Assembly (NCBI RefSeq): GCF_006345805.1
Contig: NC_043009.1
Coordinates: 19,468,001 to 19,532,000 of the forward strand
Reading direction: 5' to 3'
DNA length: 64,000 nucleotides
Origin: Octopus sinensis
Taxonomy: Eukaryota
The notes beneath the pieces were generated by a model that had not been told where the DNA came from, did not search any database, and saw nothing but the letters and a program-made list of their open reading frames with translations. Of this stretch, positions 36,001 through 48,960 are shown piece by piece. A program made the position numbers and the translations under genes. The stretch's first letter is position 1; each line of letters begins with the position of its first letter.

Positions 36001-39000
36001 TTTCCATTGCAGATGTTCGAATTCAATGAAAGATGAAATCCAAGCCATGATACATTCCTTGAATTACTTAAAGATTGATGATGTTGCTCAAGATTTAAGG
36101 TCAGTTTTTTAATCAATTTTCTGAAATACATGTTATTGTGGTTATTGAACTCAGCAGAGTAGTGTTGATGCTTTATCTCTTGTAACTTAGCAGTTTGGCA
36201 AACAGAAATCAATTAAACAAAATCTGGGTTGGTATGATTGAGTAAACTCTTGCAGTCAGTGCCCTGGCATGGCTGCAGTCTGGCACCTGAAACACACTCA
36301 TCCAGAGTGCCACAAAGTGTTCATCTTCTGGATTTCATTCCCAAGATTTTTAGGTCTGTTTCCAACACATAACTTTAATAGAAAACAGTTACCAAAAGAT
36401 ACTGAGCAATGGCATTGAACTTAGCTCTGTGTAGTTGCAAATGAAGCAAACTTTTAAAAGTGGCCCCATCTGCACTCTAAATCAGATTTTTACAATTTTA
36501 ACGAATTGTTTGAAATAATTGTTTCAGTTTAGTAAAATAGAGAAAATTATGAAGAAATATGTTGTGATTTGTAGGAGTTGTGTTAAGAAATATAGGTTTT
36601 CAAAAGCCAAATTCAGGACATTAGCTGTGAATGAAACAATCCAATTCCAGGAGTTCAGTTTTGTTAGATTTAATAGAAAAAATATTGGTGGTGAGGTTAA
36701 GAAGTTTGCTTCCCAACCACATCGTTTCAGGTTCAATCTCATAGCACACTACTTTGGATCAAATGTCTTCCACTATAGCTCTGGGCAGATGTAACCCTTA
36801 TGATGCCTTATTTCAATTACTTTGATATTCCTCACAAAAATTGTCTTTATTTGATTACGAATATTTGGAAAGAGATATTAATGGAATTAGTATTTTAAGA
36901 ATCTTCAAATGAAGCCATTGAATGTAATTAGCATAAGAAACATGATTAAAATTTATTATTTCAGCTGTATTTTGAATTATTTTTGACTCCTAGTTTGTGA
37001 CTTTCTTCTGTAGATCAAGACTAGAAGATGAAATAAGACAGCTTCTTAGAAATATTGAGCTTCTACAGAATAATTTAGATATCACAGAACAATCAGTGTC
37101 CGAAACCGTTTCCACTTCCAAGAAAGTAATTCCTACAATCTCAGGTAAGATATTTCTGGGTTGATTTCTTCATTTTTCACACCAATTTTCTGACAAGTTT
37201 TGTATTTATGTACCTTGGTTAGAGGTTAATCATAATAACGATGATTTAGTAGAGAGGTCAAGATAGAGGCAGGTGTAGACATGTCGAGAAATACACTTTG
37301 AAACCACATAGCTCTGAGTTTAATTCCACTGTATGGCACAATTGGGTTTTGGGTACATGTCACCCACATTAACGTCAGATTGAGGCTGCAGTGCATGGAA
37401 ATTGGCCGAGGAAATCTCTTTGGAAATACATCAAATATATATATATACTCTGCTGAGTGGTTGGTGTCAGGAAGAGCATCCAGCTGTAAAAATCCTGCCA
37501 AAACAGCCACAGAAGTCTGGTGTAGGCTTCTGCCTGGCCAGCTATTGACAAACTGTCCCATCCATGCCAGCATGGAAGGCGGACGTTAAACGATGATGAT
37601 GATATATGATGATATATGAGGTGTGCTGAAAATTCCAGGCTTTAAAGGGTATTGTGAAAGGCCTGGTTGGAGGTCCAACCTTCTGAGTTCTTTTACAGGG
37701 CTTAGAAAAACTGAAGGACCGCTGCAGTAAGTGTGTGAATCTGAGAGGGGGATATGTTGAATAAAATCATAATTCACTGATCCTCCTGTATTTTCTTTTA
37801 CCCAAACCCAGCAACTTTTCAGCCTGATCCCCTTGTGTATATAAGCAAAAACTGGACGATGATGATGACATGCACACACACATATAGATTAGTTCATCTC
37901 CTGTGAGAGATTCTGTAAACTTCTGCCTGAGATGTGTGCATTAATGTCATATTGCAATGTGTTGAGTTACCTCTCTTTAAGCTCAAACAAAATTACAGAA
38001 TTTGACCTTTGACATAAGTCCTATCAATATTTATGATGTCGTAGGTTTATATCATAAACACTGTCAGATATTTAGGACATAGTAGTAGTATATTTATTTT
38101 GTGTGACTATTTTTTATGTAATTTGGTTTTTTTTTTTTTCAGAGTTACGTCTTGAAAGAAAACTTTTAGAGGAGGAATTACTGAAAGAATCAACCAGCAG
38201 GAAATCCACACCATCACCCAGCTCTGCAGTCAAGCTACCAGCCAAGTAAGTATAGCTTCCCAACCACATGGTTTCAGGTTCAGTCCCACTGTGTGGCACC
38301 TTAGGCAAGCGTCTTAAGCCTTGTGAGTGGATTTGGTAGAGGGAAACTGAAAGCAGCCTGTCATACGTATGTATTGCTGTTTCTTTGTCTTGATAGTCGT
38401 AAATGAGCATCACCAGCATCTATGCAGTGTCTTTCATTTCCAATCTTCTGTGAAAACATGTCTGGCCATGGGGAAAAATATCATTTTACTTGAAAACAGG
38501 TGAAGTTTGGTAACAAGAAGGGCATCAAACCATAGAAAATCTATGCAACCCATGCAAGCATAAAAAAAAATGGACATTAAAACAAGGATGATATTGGCAA
38601 CCCAGACACTTATTTTGTTTCACTCAGACCGAGCAGTAGTATGTCTCTTTATCATCAATCAGTTAATTGTAAGCGTAAAAGATGAAGACATGGGAAGATG
38701 TGGTTTAGTTATCAGAATGTTGGTCCTCACGGATCAGATGGAAAAAGAGTTTGTTGTATTGCAGACCTATCTAACCCATACTTTTCCATTGTTGATTTAA
38801 CTTCCACTTTTCTATGTGTCAGACAAAATTCTCTGAAGCAAATTCTCTACAGTTGGATGTTCTTCCTGTCACCAACCACTACTTGTTAATAGACAAAGTA
38901 ATATATCTGCTCGTCCTTCAACATGAACAACACAATAACAGAACATTTTGTTTTTGTGAAAGATTGCTAATGGAGATCTCTGCTGGTTTAATTGTGGCAT

Positions 39001-39735
39001 TCGTTTACAATTAGCAAGCATTGTCAAGACAAGACACAAATACACATAGACACACACATATATATACACAACAGGCCTCTTTCAGTTTCCACCTACCAAA
39101 TCCATTCACAAAGCTTTGGTCAACCTAATTGTATAAAGAAAGCATCATCATCATTTAACGTCTGTTTTCCATGCTGGCATGGGTTGGACATTTTGACAGG
39201 AGCTGGCAAGGCTGGAGAGCCACACCAGGTTCCACTGTCTGTTTTGGTATGGTTTCTATGACTGGATGCCCTTCCTATTGGATGCCAACTATTGTACAGA
39301 GTATACCAGATGCTTTTTATGTGGCATCAGTCACTCTTTCCTGAGTTAAAAATACCAAAACCTAAAGACCAAAAGAGCATAAAAATGTTCATTTTTCCAG
39401 GCATGAGGGGCTCATATTGATAGAGAATGGTTCTCTAAAAAGAATTAGACGACATAGAGTGAAATATGGTCAGAATGTTCAATGTTGACAAAGCATCATC
39501 CTAGTTTTAACAAACAACAACTTTTGTTTTCAGAAAACCAAGCCGAAATGTGGATGCTGTTGACAAGAATATCAAGAAACCAAATTCCAGTGTTGAGACG
39601 GATTTCAGTGAAAATGTCTGCTTAGGCTTATCCCAGTACCGATTTCTACCTCATCCTCCAGGTCATGGAAAGCCCAAAGTAAACTCTGCTGAGAAATTCA
39701 GAAGAATGATATATAATTCCAGGTCGACTCATTGA
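32862..39735 (+). CDS. CCDC24: Coiled-coil domain-containing protein 24, spliced gene (335 aa)
   Basis: Exons 32862-33041, 33939-34096, 34892-34956, 35304-35385, 36013-36099, 37014-37144, 38143-38245, 39534-39735 join in frame. SVWKLIEQTVPDSERQEIKNILG, LNYLKIDDVAQDLRSRLEDE and PTISELRLERKLLEEEL match CCDC24 motifs as I recall them ([46 protein letters not shown]). Confidence 0.88.
33939..34096 (+). CDS. CCDC24: CCDC24 exon (LETLQEIF...EKAEYNG)
   Basis: ttgtag acceptor, tt|gtaagt donor. Confidence 0.88.
34892..34956 (+). CDS. CCDC24: CCDC24 exon (DSSQVLLKFNKEIRDYVSQQQ)
   Basis: ctttag acceptor, caag|gtaatc donor; phase 2 in, 1 out. Confidence 0.8.
35028..35071 (+). ncRNA. Hammerhead ribozyme-like relic (Penelope pLTR type)
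   Basis: gctcca-CTGATGA-GGT-ctgataat-ACT-GAAAC-acatc-cagagt; ACACATC is consistent with CpG-decayed ACGCGTC. Confidence 0.55.
35304..35385 (+). CDS. CCDC24: CCDC24 exon (EIYQETK...SNIN)
   Basis: cttgtag acceptor, ca|gtgagt donor; bridges phase 1 to phase 2. Confidence 0.72.
35830..35998 (-). mobile_element. RTE 3' ORF fragment
   Basis: CRIGRPKKTWDEVVRSDLRILSLTEEMT matches the C-terminus of the RTE at 50752. Confidence 0.8.
36013..36099 (+). CDS. CCDC24: CCDC24 exon (CSNSMKDEIQ...DDVAQDL)
   Basis: attgcag acceptor, ag|gtcagt donor. Confidence 0.85.
37014..37144 (+). CDS. CCDC24: CCDC24 exon (SRLEDEIRQL...IPTIS)
   Basis: ctgtag acceptor, g|gtaaga donor. Confidence 0.87.
37616..37836. mobile_element. 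Non-autonomous mariner-like element
   Basis: TATGAGG..GCTGAAAA..CCAGGCTTT at left and AAACCCAGCAACTTTTCAGC at right. Confidence 0.55.
38143..38245 (+). CDS. CCDC24: CCDC24 exon (ELRLERKLLEEEL...)
   Basis: poly-T + cag acceptor, aa|gtaagt donor. Confidence 0.87.
39534..39735 (+). CDS. CCDC24: CCDC24 last coding exon (...SAEKFRRMIYNSRSTH*)
   Basis: ttttcag acceptor, in frame with ORF 39550-39735; AATAAA at 39746-39751. Confidence 0.82.
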
Positions 39736-39823
39736 GTAAAGCTAAAATAAATAATCTGGCGCCAAATATAATGATTCAAACCTAGATTTGGTGAGATAAT
39801 CGTTTTTTTTTTTTAATTATAAT

Positions 39824-39923
39824 TTACAAAGATTTCAATGTGTAATGCTTTAGAAATTCACCTTTAAATTTTGAATTTGCAACCAGCAATATAAATGCAG
39901 GTGTGCCGCCAATAACTGTGAAG
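39824..39923 (-). CDS. TTC4: TTC4 last coding exon (FTVIGGTPAF...TLKSL*)
   Basis: tttgccag acceptor; TAA at 39826-39824; ATTAAA at 39817-39812. Confidence 0.93.
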
Positions 39924-42900
39924 CTGGCAAAAAGAAAGAAAAAAATGAGATTCAGAATTGTTTTAGACCAAACATTTAGTATAAGAAATGAAACTAAAAT
40001 GGTTTACTGGAAGAATAAGATAAATTAATGGACAAAAGAAACATACCAAGTTCTCATTTTTAAGCAGAAAATGAAACTTTACCCTAGCATCATTTTATTA
40101 TAAAGAATGAATTGGTAGAAATATAATTCCTACAGTTCTGTTGAACTGTCATGGAAGCTAGCCACAATTTTCCTCATAAACCTATGTGATCTTTGTTTGC
40201 CTAAATTTGTAATTCTAGTTGTGATGATTTCTAATCCTTAACTTATCTTCATGCTTAATAAATCTGTCTGATGATATTTTAGTTTTTATTTAAAGAACAT
40301 TACTATTACTAGCAATAAAAATACAATTTGAAAGTTTTTTATTGAGTAAAGAAAAAAAGTTAAAAAGTTAATTTCAATAAAAATATTAACAACAACAAAA
40401 TCCATGTTTTTTTTTTGTCACTAACAATTTCATGTTTAAAATAATAAATGCATAACAAAGAAGCAAAAATATTAATTAATTAGGAAAACAAAAAGTTAAT
40501 TGAGATGAAAACACATCACTTAATTATTCATGAGTGAGAGAGTGAGTACGCGCATGTGTGTGTGTATACATATGTGTACTGGCGTCATGCCACATAAAAG
40601 TACCCATTACACTCTCAGAGTGGTTGGTGTTGGGAAGGGCATCCAGCCATAGAAACCATACCAAATCAGACTGGAATCTGGTGTAGCCTTCCAGCGTGCC
40701 AGCCCTGGTCAAACCATCCAACCCATGCCAGCATAGACAACGGACGTTAAATGATGATGATGATAGTTATTAAGGAACTTACTTTTCATGTTGTAAAATT
40801 TCAAGCAATGACTTTTCAGGAGGGATTCTAAACAGACTTTCTGTCTTGTTTTCTTCAAAATAGATCTGGAAATACAATGAAATGATAATTCTTTATGTAG
40901 CACAATTGTCTCTAAGGAATCAACGCTACATATCTTAGACTCTAAATTATTATTATTATTATTCAGGTGGCCTGCTGGCAGAACCATTAACACATTGGAC
41001 AAAATGCTTAGCAGCGTGTCTTTCAGTTTTATGTTCCTAGTCCAAATTCCATCAACACTGACTTTGCCTTTTATTCTTTCTGGGTTGATGAAGTAAGTTC
41101 CGGTTGTGCACTAGGTCAACCTGCAACCCAATTTCAGGCCTCGAGCCTGTAGTGTGATTATTAAAATTAAAAAAAGGTGGTGAGCCGGCAGAATCTTTAG
41201 CATGCTGGGCAAAATGGTTAGCAGCATGTCGCCTGTCTTTATGTTCTGAGTTTAATTCCGCAGAGACTGACATTGCCTTTCATCCTTTTGGGGTCAATAA
41301 AATAATACCAGTTGAATACTGGGGTTGATGTAATCGATTTACCCCCCCCCCCCATAAAAAAACCCTGCTGGCCTTGTGCCAAAATTTGAACCCATTATTG
41401 TTGTTGAACAAGGTGGCAGAATAATCAGTATCAGACAAACACCTTGTGATATTTATTCTGGCTATTCTGCCTCCTGAGTTTAAATCCTGCCACAGTCAAC
41501 TGTGACTGTCCTCCATTCAGGGTCAATAAATAAAGAATGAGTCTATACTGACAAACAAGCAAAGTTGTTGGAGCACTCAGCATAGAGTCTGAATCATTTT
41601 ATTCTGAGTTCAAATGCAGCTGTGGTCTCCCTGGGTCTGTTGCCCTGTTTATCCCCCATCACCTGGTCCCTGGGTGCCTTTAATGGAGTCCTCTCTTTGG
41701 CAACCATTTAGACCAAGTTTCCTGTCTAAAGGTACGATCATCCCTCCTTGCTCCCTTCCAACTTCTGTCAGAGACCTTGAAAAGAGTTATGAGCATTGTC
41801 TTTCCTCCTGATTAAGCAATTAAAAAATTCTTTACAACAATTAAATGATAATAGGAAATTAAATATAATTAGATTTTCTAAAGAATTCTTAAGAATTTAA
41901 TAATTCTGCTGTTACCTCAATGTTTTCAGGAACATACTTGTGTTCTTCATCCCAAGGAACCATACAAGATTGAAACATTTCCAAAATATGGTCAGAAAAG
42001 CTAGAAAAAGCAACAGAGTAATTAAATTAATTTTAATATGCAAAATACAAATTACTGAACCATTCCAAACATATCTAATATGGACAATAGAATGCTAGAG
42101 ATTCACATTTATTTGTGAAACAACGGTTGTTGATGTGTTTCTAAATATCAAATCGTGTTTTAGGAAACAAGAGAAATAAAGTTGTATTTGAGTCTTTTCT
42201 TTTTTTTTTATTATTATTTTTGGTCCCTTTAGTTTACTGCCTGATTGTCATCGAAGAAATGTGATAAGGAATTTATCAGACTGACAGAACCAAAGCTCTT
42301 GGTACACCAAATACAGTAAGGAAGATAAAACCATCAGCTGACTGCAATGGAAACTAAGAAGTGAATTTCTTAACCAAACAGACCCAGCTTGTGCCTTCTG
42401 CATTATAAATTGATGTTGTACGTTTGTACAGTTTAACTGGATACAAAACTCTTCAAAATTTACTAAATCTACTGAGTGTAAACAGACAGAACTATAAGAG
42501 GCACAGGTGTGCCATAGATGCAGGTGTGGTTCTGTGGTTAGGAAGCTTGATTCTCAAACATAGGGTCCTGCAGCGTAACATCTTGGACAAAAATGTTACT
42601 GAATACGACAGGACCATGAAGATAGCTGGAGGGTACAACAATATAACAGCTTGGGCCCCAGACCGAGCGAAGCTTTGCGAGAAGATTTGGTAGACAGAAA
42701 CTGAAAGAATCCTGTTCTGTGTGTGTGCATGGATGTATGTGTACGTGTTACTGTCTCGTTGCCATGACATTGTGTGATAGTTGTAAATGAGTGTCAGTGT
42801 CATACAAGCGGTACCCTTTGTTTCCAATCTTTCAAGACATGTCAGGTTATGGGGAAATATTACCTTTAGGTAAGGGCTTGTGACGAAGGGCATCTGGCCA

Positions 42901-43039
42901 TAGAAAATCCACCTCAACAAGTTCCTTCTGACCCATGCAAGCATGGAAAAGTGGACATTAAAATGGTGATGATAATGATGTATAAATAAACATATGGAAA
43001 TATAAATATGATAGATAGAATAATATATAGAAATTTATA

Positions 43040-43088
<49 letters not shown>

Positions 43089-44959
43089 TGTACCAATGGT
43101 TTTCACTGAAGCTCTCAATAAAATCACTTTGGTTATATTCTGGATACATAAACAAAACTGGCCAATGGAGAAGTCCTGCATCGTCAAGGTAAACTTTGGC
43201 ACCACCTGGATTACTTCCTTCCAGATCTGATAAACTTAAAATAGTTTTTCCATTCTGTTTGTCAGTCTTCATTTTGATATGTCGTTTCTGAAAATAACAG
43301 CAGGAACAGAATTGTGAGAAATTTTTTATCTGAACAATGAATGAGAAAAGAATTTGGGGAAATCTGATGATTTGGTGTTGGAATGTGAATTTAATAAAAG
43401 AAAAAAACATGATTGGTCGTAGAATAAGCAGAATTTCAAAAGCCATGTGAGTTGCTTGTTTTGTAAAATATAACATAGCTGGGACATCAGTGAAGACCTG
43501 GAGCCAAACATAACACATTACATACAAGGCTGAGCTACAGCTGAACGATTTATACGGTGAGAGCTCAACAACAACAATTAGATGATATCAACCAAAACAT
43601 AAAACTTACATGGATTTCATTAAACAGTTTTGATTCTAAAACATCAGCTTTCCTCTCTTGTAATTGTTGTTTACGTAAATCACGGTCTTGGATTTTCTAA
43701 AAGAATAACAGTTTCCAAAGCAAGCAGGTAAATGATCAATATATTATTGTATTTTCTGTCAAGAGACAATGGTTGCATTTACGAGATAAAATATGAAAGA
43801 AAATTTTAAAAAACAGCCATGAATGTAGTTAGATATTTTTATATTTGTAAATTAGCAATTAATAAGATAAATATATTTTACCATTTGAAAGAAATTCACA
43901 AAATGTGGAAACTATGGAAATTACTGATCAATGAGGGAGCCTTTACATGGTTGTTCTATCTACTAGAAATAACAGCTTATTTGCTCACAAATAATACCTA
44001 TTGTCCTAAAAAGGGAGAGACACATGAGATAATGTAGTCCTAGATATCAGTAAAAGAGGGGTAGCCAAGAGTGGAATGTCTTTGATCAGGGTTGACTTAA
44101 GGTTAAACAAGTAACAAACACCTACAGAAATTACAAATAACAACTCTGTCAAAGAAGTTTGGGAATTTCAACAAAAGAAATGGTTTGTAGAAATGGTATC
44201 GTCTGCACAACAAAGGCCATTAATGAGGATTAAGTTTAGATTAGTCATAGAGAACAGAACAACAACAGTGCTGCCAACATTCACAGCTTTTATAAGGACT
44301 GACAGATGAGGCCCTTCTGTAAGCATGTTCGATCCTAAGTGATAGCAACCTCATTATCATGGATGTACAGAGGAAAGATCCGGATGTCGACTCTGGTGTA
44401 CATAATGATACATCATGGAAGACATTAAGGTGTTATCTGGTGTTACAGATATGGAGGTGATGGCCAGGGAGGATGAAGGATAAATACATGACAACTAATA
44501 CAAGTGGAAGGAACTTGCAGGAGAGGAAGATAAAAAAAAAAAAGACATTAGATGTAGTAGTGGAACTTCAAACTGATGACAAAAGGATTGCAACAAGTGG
44601 ACAAGAAAAGACCAGAAAACAGAAGTAGAAATTACGTAAAAAAATGACCAAAAATATCAGAAAAGAATTACCTTTAACTTTAGTGATTTCTCTTTTAAAG
44701 CAGAAAGTTTCTCATTTTCAGGTTCAAAATACATTATAAGTCAAGGAATGTAATTTTAGAGACATTTGAAACACATCTTTGAAACTGTTTAGTCAAAGAG
44801 AAATCTTTAAACTAATTGATAAAGGATATTTTCAAACCAGCTTCACACCATTTAATAGCATCTGAGAATTTCTTCAGTTCAATGCAGCACTGAGATCCTT
44901 GTAAAAAGAAGAAGATAAATACAGATAATGAGAATATAGAATAAATGATATGAATAACA

Positions 44960-45038
<79 letters not shown>

Positions 45039-48000
45039 AGAGAGCGGGGATGGGTTTGATTCCAGTGTAGCATCTTCGGTAATTGTCATTTTCTCAGAGC
45101 CTCAGACCAACCTATACTTTGTGAGTAAAAATGGGTAAATGGAAACTGTATAGAAGCCCTTTGAATGGGTTGCACTGGTAATTAAAAAGGTTTAGCCTTT
45201 TCAAACACTGTGTTACACTGGTTCTGTTAGGGAATTGTGTTAAGGGTACACAACATGTGTGCAAATACTCAGCCACGGATGTGTTTATTCAGGGTCAGGT
45301 AACTCAGTCGATCTAACAAGTGAATCCTCATCACTGAACAAAAGAAATCCACACACACACATTTAGTGTTAACTGTTGGCAAAAAAAAAGAAAAGAGTAC
45401 GCAATACCATAGTTTTATTTTGGTGAAGTCTGTCTCTGGCTACTCTGAGTTTCACTTTTAGGTGTACCTGTGGAAGTGGGAGACCTAGGATGACCTTTGA
45501 ACGTTGGGCCTCACAGAGGCAATGACAAGCAACCGAGACCTTTGGAGATATGCTGTGCTTGAGAAGACCCAGCATGCCAAGTGAGATGGTAGCTGTTGCC
45601 TATGCCATAACTGGCCCATTTAAAAGTACCCTTCAAACGTCTGGCAATATGCTGTGCTTGAGAAGATCTGTTGAGTCAAGTGAAATCATTGTCATGGCTA
45701 ATACCAGTGCCACCTGACTGGCTCCAATGCTGGTGGCATGTAAAAAGGACCTACTACACTCTCAGAGTATTCAGCATAGGAAGGGCATCCAGCTGTAGAA
45801 ACCTTGCCAGATCAGATTGGAGCCTGGTGCAGCCTCCTGGCTCACCAGTCCTCAGTCAAACCGTCCAACCCATGCCAGCATGGAAAGTGGACATTAAACG
45901 ACTGCAATGATGATGAGGTCTTCAGGCAAGTTATGACTGGCCCAGAAGACCTGGTGCACCTACAGGTGAAACTCAGAGTAACCAGAGACTGACTTCACCA
46001 ATATGTAAGTGTGTGTGAGTTTGTATGTGTGTGTATATGTATAAAGTGAAACATTTGACTTAGCTACTTGATTCTGCACAAAATTTGGGATATCAGAGGA
46101 GTTTCTATGTAGCTGTTTGATCTGCTAGAAACAACAGCTGAATCTCTCTGAAACTACACCCTATTGTCTTGAAAAGACAGCAGGACACTTTAACCCTTTG
46201 ACATCTAAACTGGCCATATCCAGCCCAGATATGCTTCCTGCTTCATATTCTAACCAGCCAGATCCAGCCTATCACACCCACCCTTCAATGCCATTATAAG
46301 ATATACAATCACATCATCAAAGATTTGAAGCTACAAAATAATGCATGAACAGTGTGAATAGGAAAGGGTTAAATAATGTCATTACAGCTGGATTACTTTT
46401 GAACAGGCAGGGCTGACCTATGTTTTCAATACACATTTACAGTGTGGGGTGCTACAGTTGAGTACACTCTGGTATAACTGGTATCTATCTCATTGACTTA
46501 GACAAGAGTTGAACTCAGAAGAGAAGCAGGTGTAATTATACACTTCAAGACATTTAATGTCCTATGTCTGTCATTTTACCATTTTAATATTTGTTTACAA
46601 ACTTAACAGAACTTACCTCTGATAAAGGCTTTCAAATACTGTTCCTTGAATTTACAGGCCATGACACAGTCAAATAAAGCATAACCAAAGTTTCCTGAAA
46701 TAGCAACAGTCATAAGACATTTAGAAATGATGCCAAAAACAAGAAATGGCTTTGGTCTTTGAAACATGCTAACACAATCTGAAGATCAGAGAAACTAAAG
46801 GTTTCAAAAAAGAGAACAAAGAGATAACTATAGATTTGACTGGATTGAAGATGCATTTTCTTGAAAATTTGGTAATATCTTTAGTATGAAAGAAGAGCAG
46901 TGCTTATGGTGTGTTTGTCCCATCTTGAAGACTGGAGATCTGGCCAGGATGTTTGTAACAGAGTGGACACTCCTAAAAGTACCCAAAAGCCAGGGAGTGG
47001 GGTTAAATCTGGTGAAAGATAAGTCTACCATTTAAGAGATTTGATCCGAAATCTTGTGTCAAAACGAATTTTAGGGTAGAGTTGTTTTTGTTGATTATCA
47101 ATCATATATAAACATACATTATTAATTAGTCCCTTCTATTATGGTGTATCAAAGTATTTTGTCATTTACTGAAGTGACAAATGAGACACCATATTGTCTG
47201 TGATGAGAGACTTTGATGATAACAAAATAAAATATAAGAGAATAATGAATAATATATGCGTGTTTAAAAAGTAAAACATGATTACCAAAATTCAAAAGTC
47301 TTTTTTTTGCCCCCCAAAAATATTTGAAAACCAGAAGTAAAAATGTTTTCTAATGTAGATACAGAGTGAGAAAGTCAAGAAGAGAATAATTTAAATGTCA
47401 TAAGAAGGCTGACTTTGAATTATTTTTATTAACCTCAGTGTAATTAGACTTTGGGTCAGGAATCTTTAGCCTTGTGTAGAACATGACAATCTCTGTAGTG
47501 CTGGTGATATGATAAAATGCACCCAGAACACGCTGCAGAATGGTTAGTATTAGGAAAGGCATCTAGTCATAGAAACCAAGAATGTGACAAGACATGATCC
47601 CCCACCTGATCTAAAAAAGGACTGATTTCAAGTTAGAACTTACTTAATCCTTATCAACCCTCCTAACCCATGCCAGATTGGAAAAGTAGATGTAAATTGA
47701 TGGTGATAACAATCCTGATGATGATGATGATGAATGTGCCCCAGAATATATCCAACTTTATGCAGGTTCCACTCATTTTTTTTTATTGATATGATTGACA
47801 TGTTGCTTCATGTGATGGATGACTGGAGGCTAAAAACGGTAAGCTGGGGCCCAAAATAGTGTTTCTGTCAGGAGAGTGAGACTGGTGGAAGAAGGTGAAG
47901 AGCAGGAACCGATACCCAAAAACTCTAACAGTTCCACCAGGCCACCATTCTGAAGTGGTATTATGTATTTGGACCCTGAAAGGATCAAAGGCAAAGCTGA

Positions 48001-48915
48001 CCTGATAGGATTTGAACTCAGAGCACAGAGAGCTGGAGCAAATACCACAAGGCATTCTACCTGATACTCTACTGTCTCTGCAACCAATTCCTTATCATTA
48101 AGGAACAGAACCAAATACCTGAAGAAATTTAACATGTTAACAATAATTTTCATAGAGTCTTCATATTGATTATCGTCATTCATTTTCCATGACAGAATGG
48201 TTTACAAGAGTCTGTAGTTTGGATAAGGTACCATTTAATATTGGGAATAGGCATGGCACCTTGCCCAAGTGACTTTTGTTACAATTCTAGGCTGACCAAA
48301 GCTCTGTGAGTGGATCTGGTAGACAGAAATTGAAGTGAGTGTGTGCATACGTGTGTGTGCATGTATGTGCATATATGTGTGTGTGTGTGTATAGAGAGCA
48401 CTGTTGCTTGTTTCCAGCCTTCCACGAGAGAATGTTTATCGATCAGTTTCTCTTTACTTACCAAGCTGATAATGAGAAGCTGCTCTATTACAATATAATG
48501 AAGCATTTAACATCCTGTCTGGTGCTTGAACCTTGATCCCTTCAGTGTAATTTGCAACTGCTGTACGATAGTCCCTTTTTTTGAACAGATAATTTCCTTC
48601 TTCCTTAAAACTGTCTGCCTTCACTGTAAGTAAATTGAAAACAAATTGCAATTCTCAACAAACCAAAAACTCATCAAAGACGAATTTGGAAAATAAAATG
48701 AGCTGAAAAAGATTTTGTTTAAATTTTGGAGATGAGGAATTATCATTATTATGGGTGCAGGCATGGCTGTGTGTTACAAAGTTTGCTTCCCAACCACATG
48801 GTTCCAGGTTCAGTCCCACTGCATGGCATCTTGGGCAAGCTCCTTCTACTATAGCCTCAAACCAACCAAAGCCTTGTGAATTAATCTGAAACTGAAAGAA
48901 GGCCATCGAGAGAGA

Positions 48916-48960
<45 letters not shown>

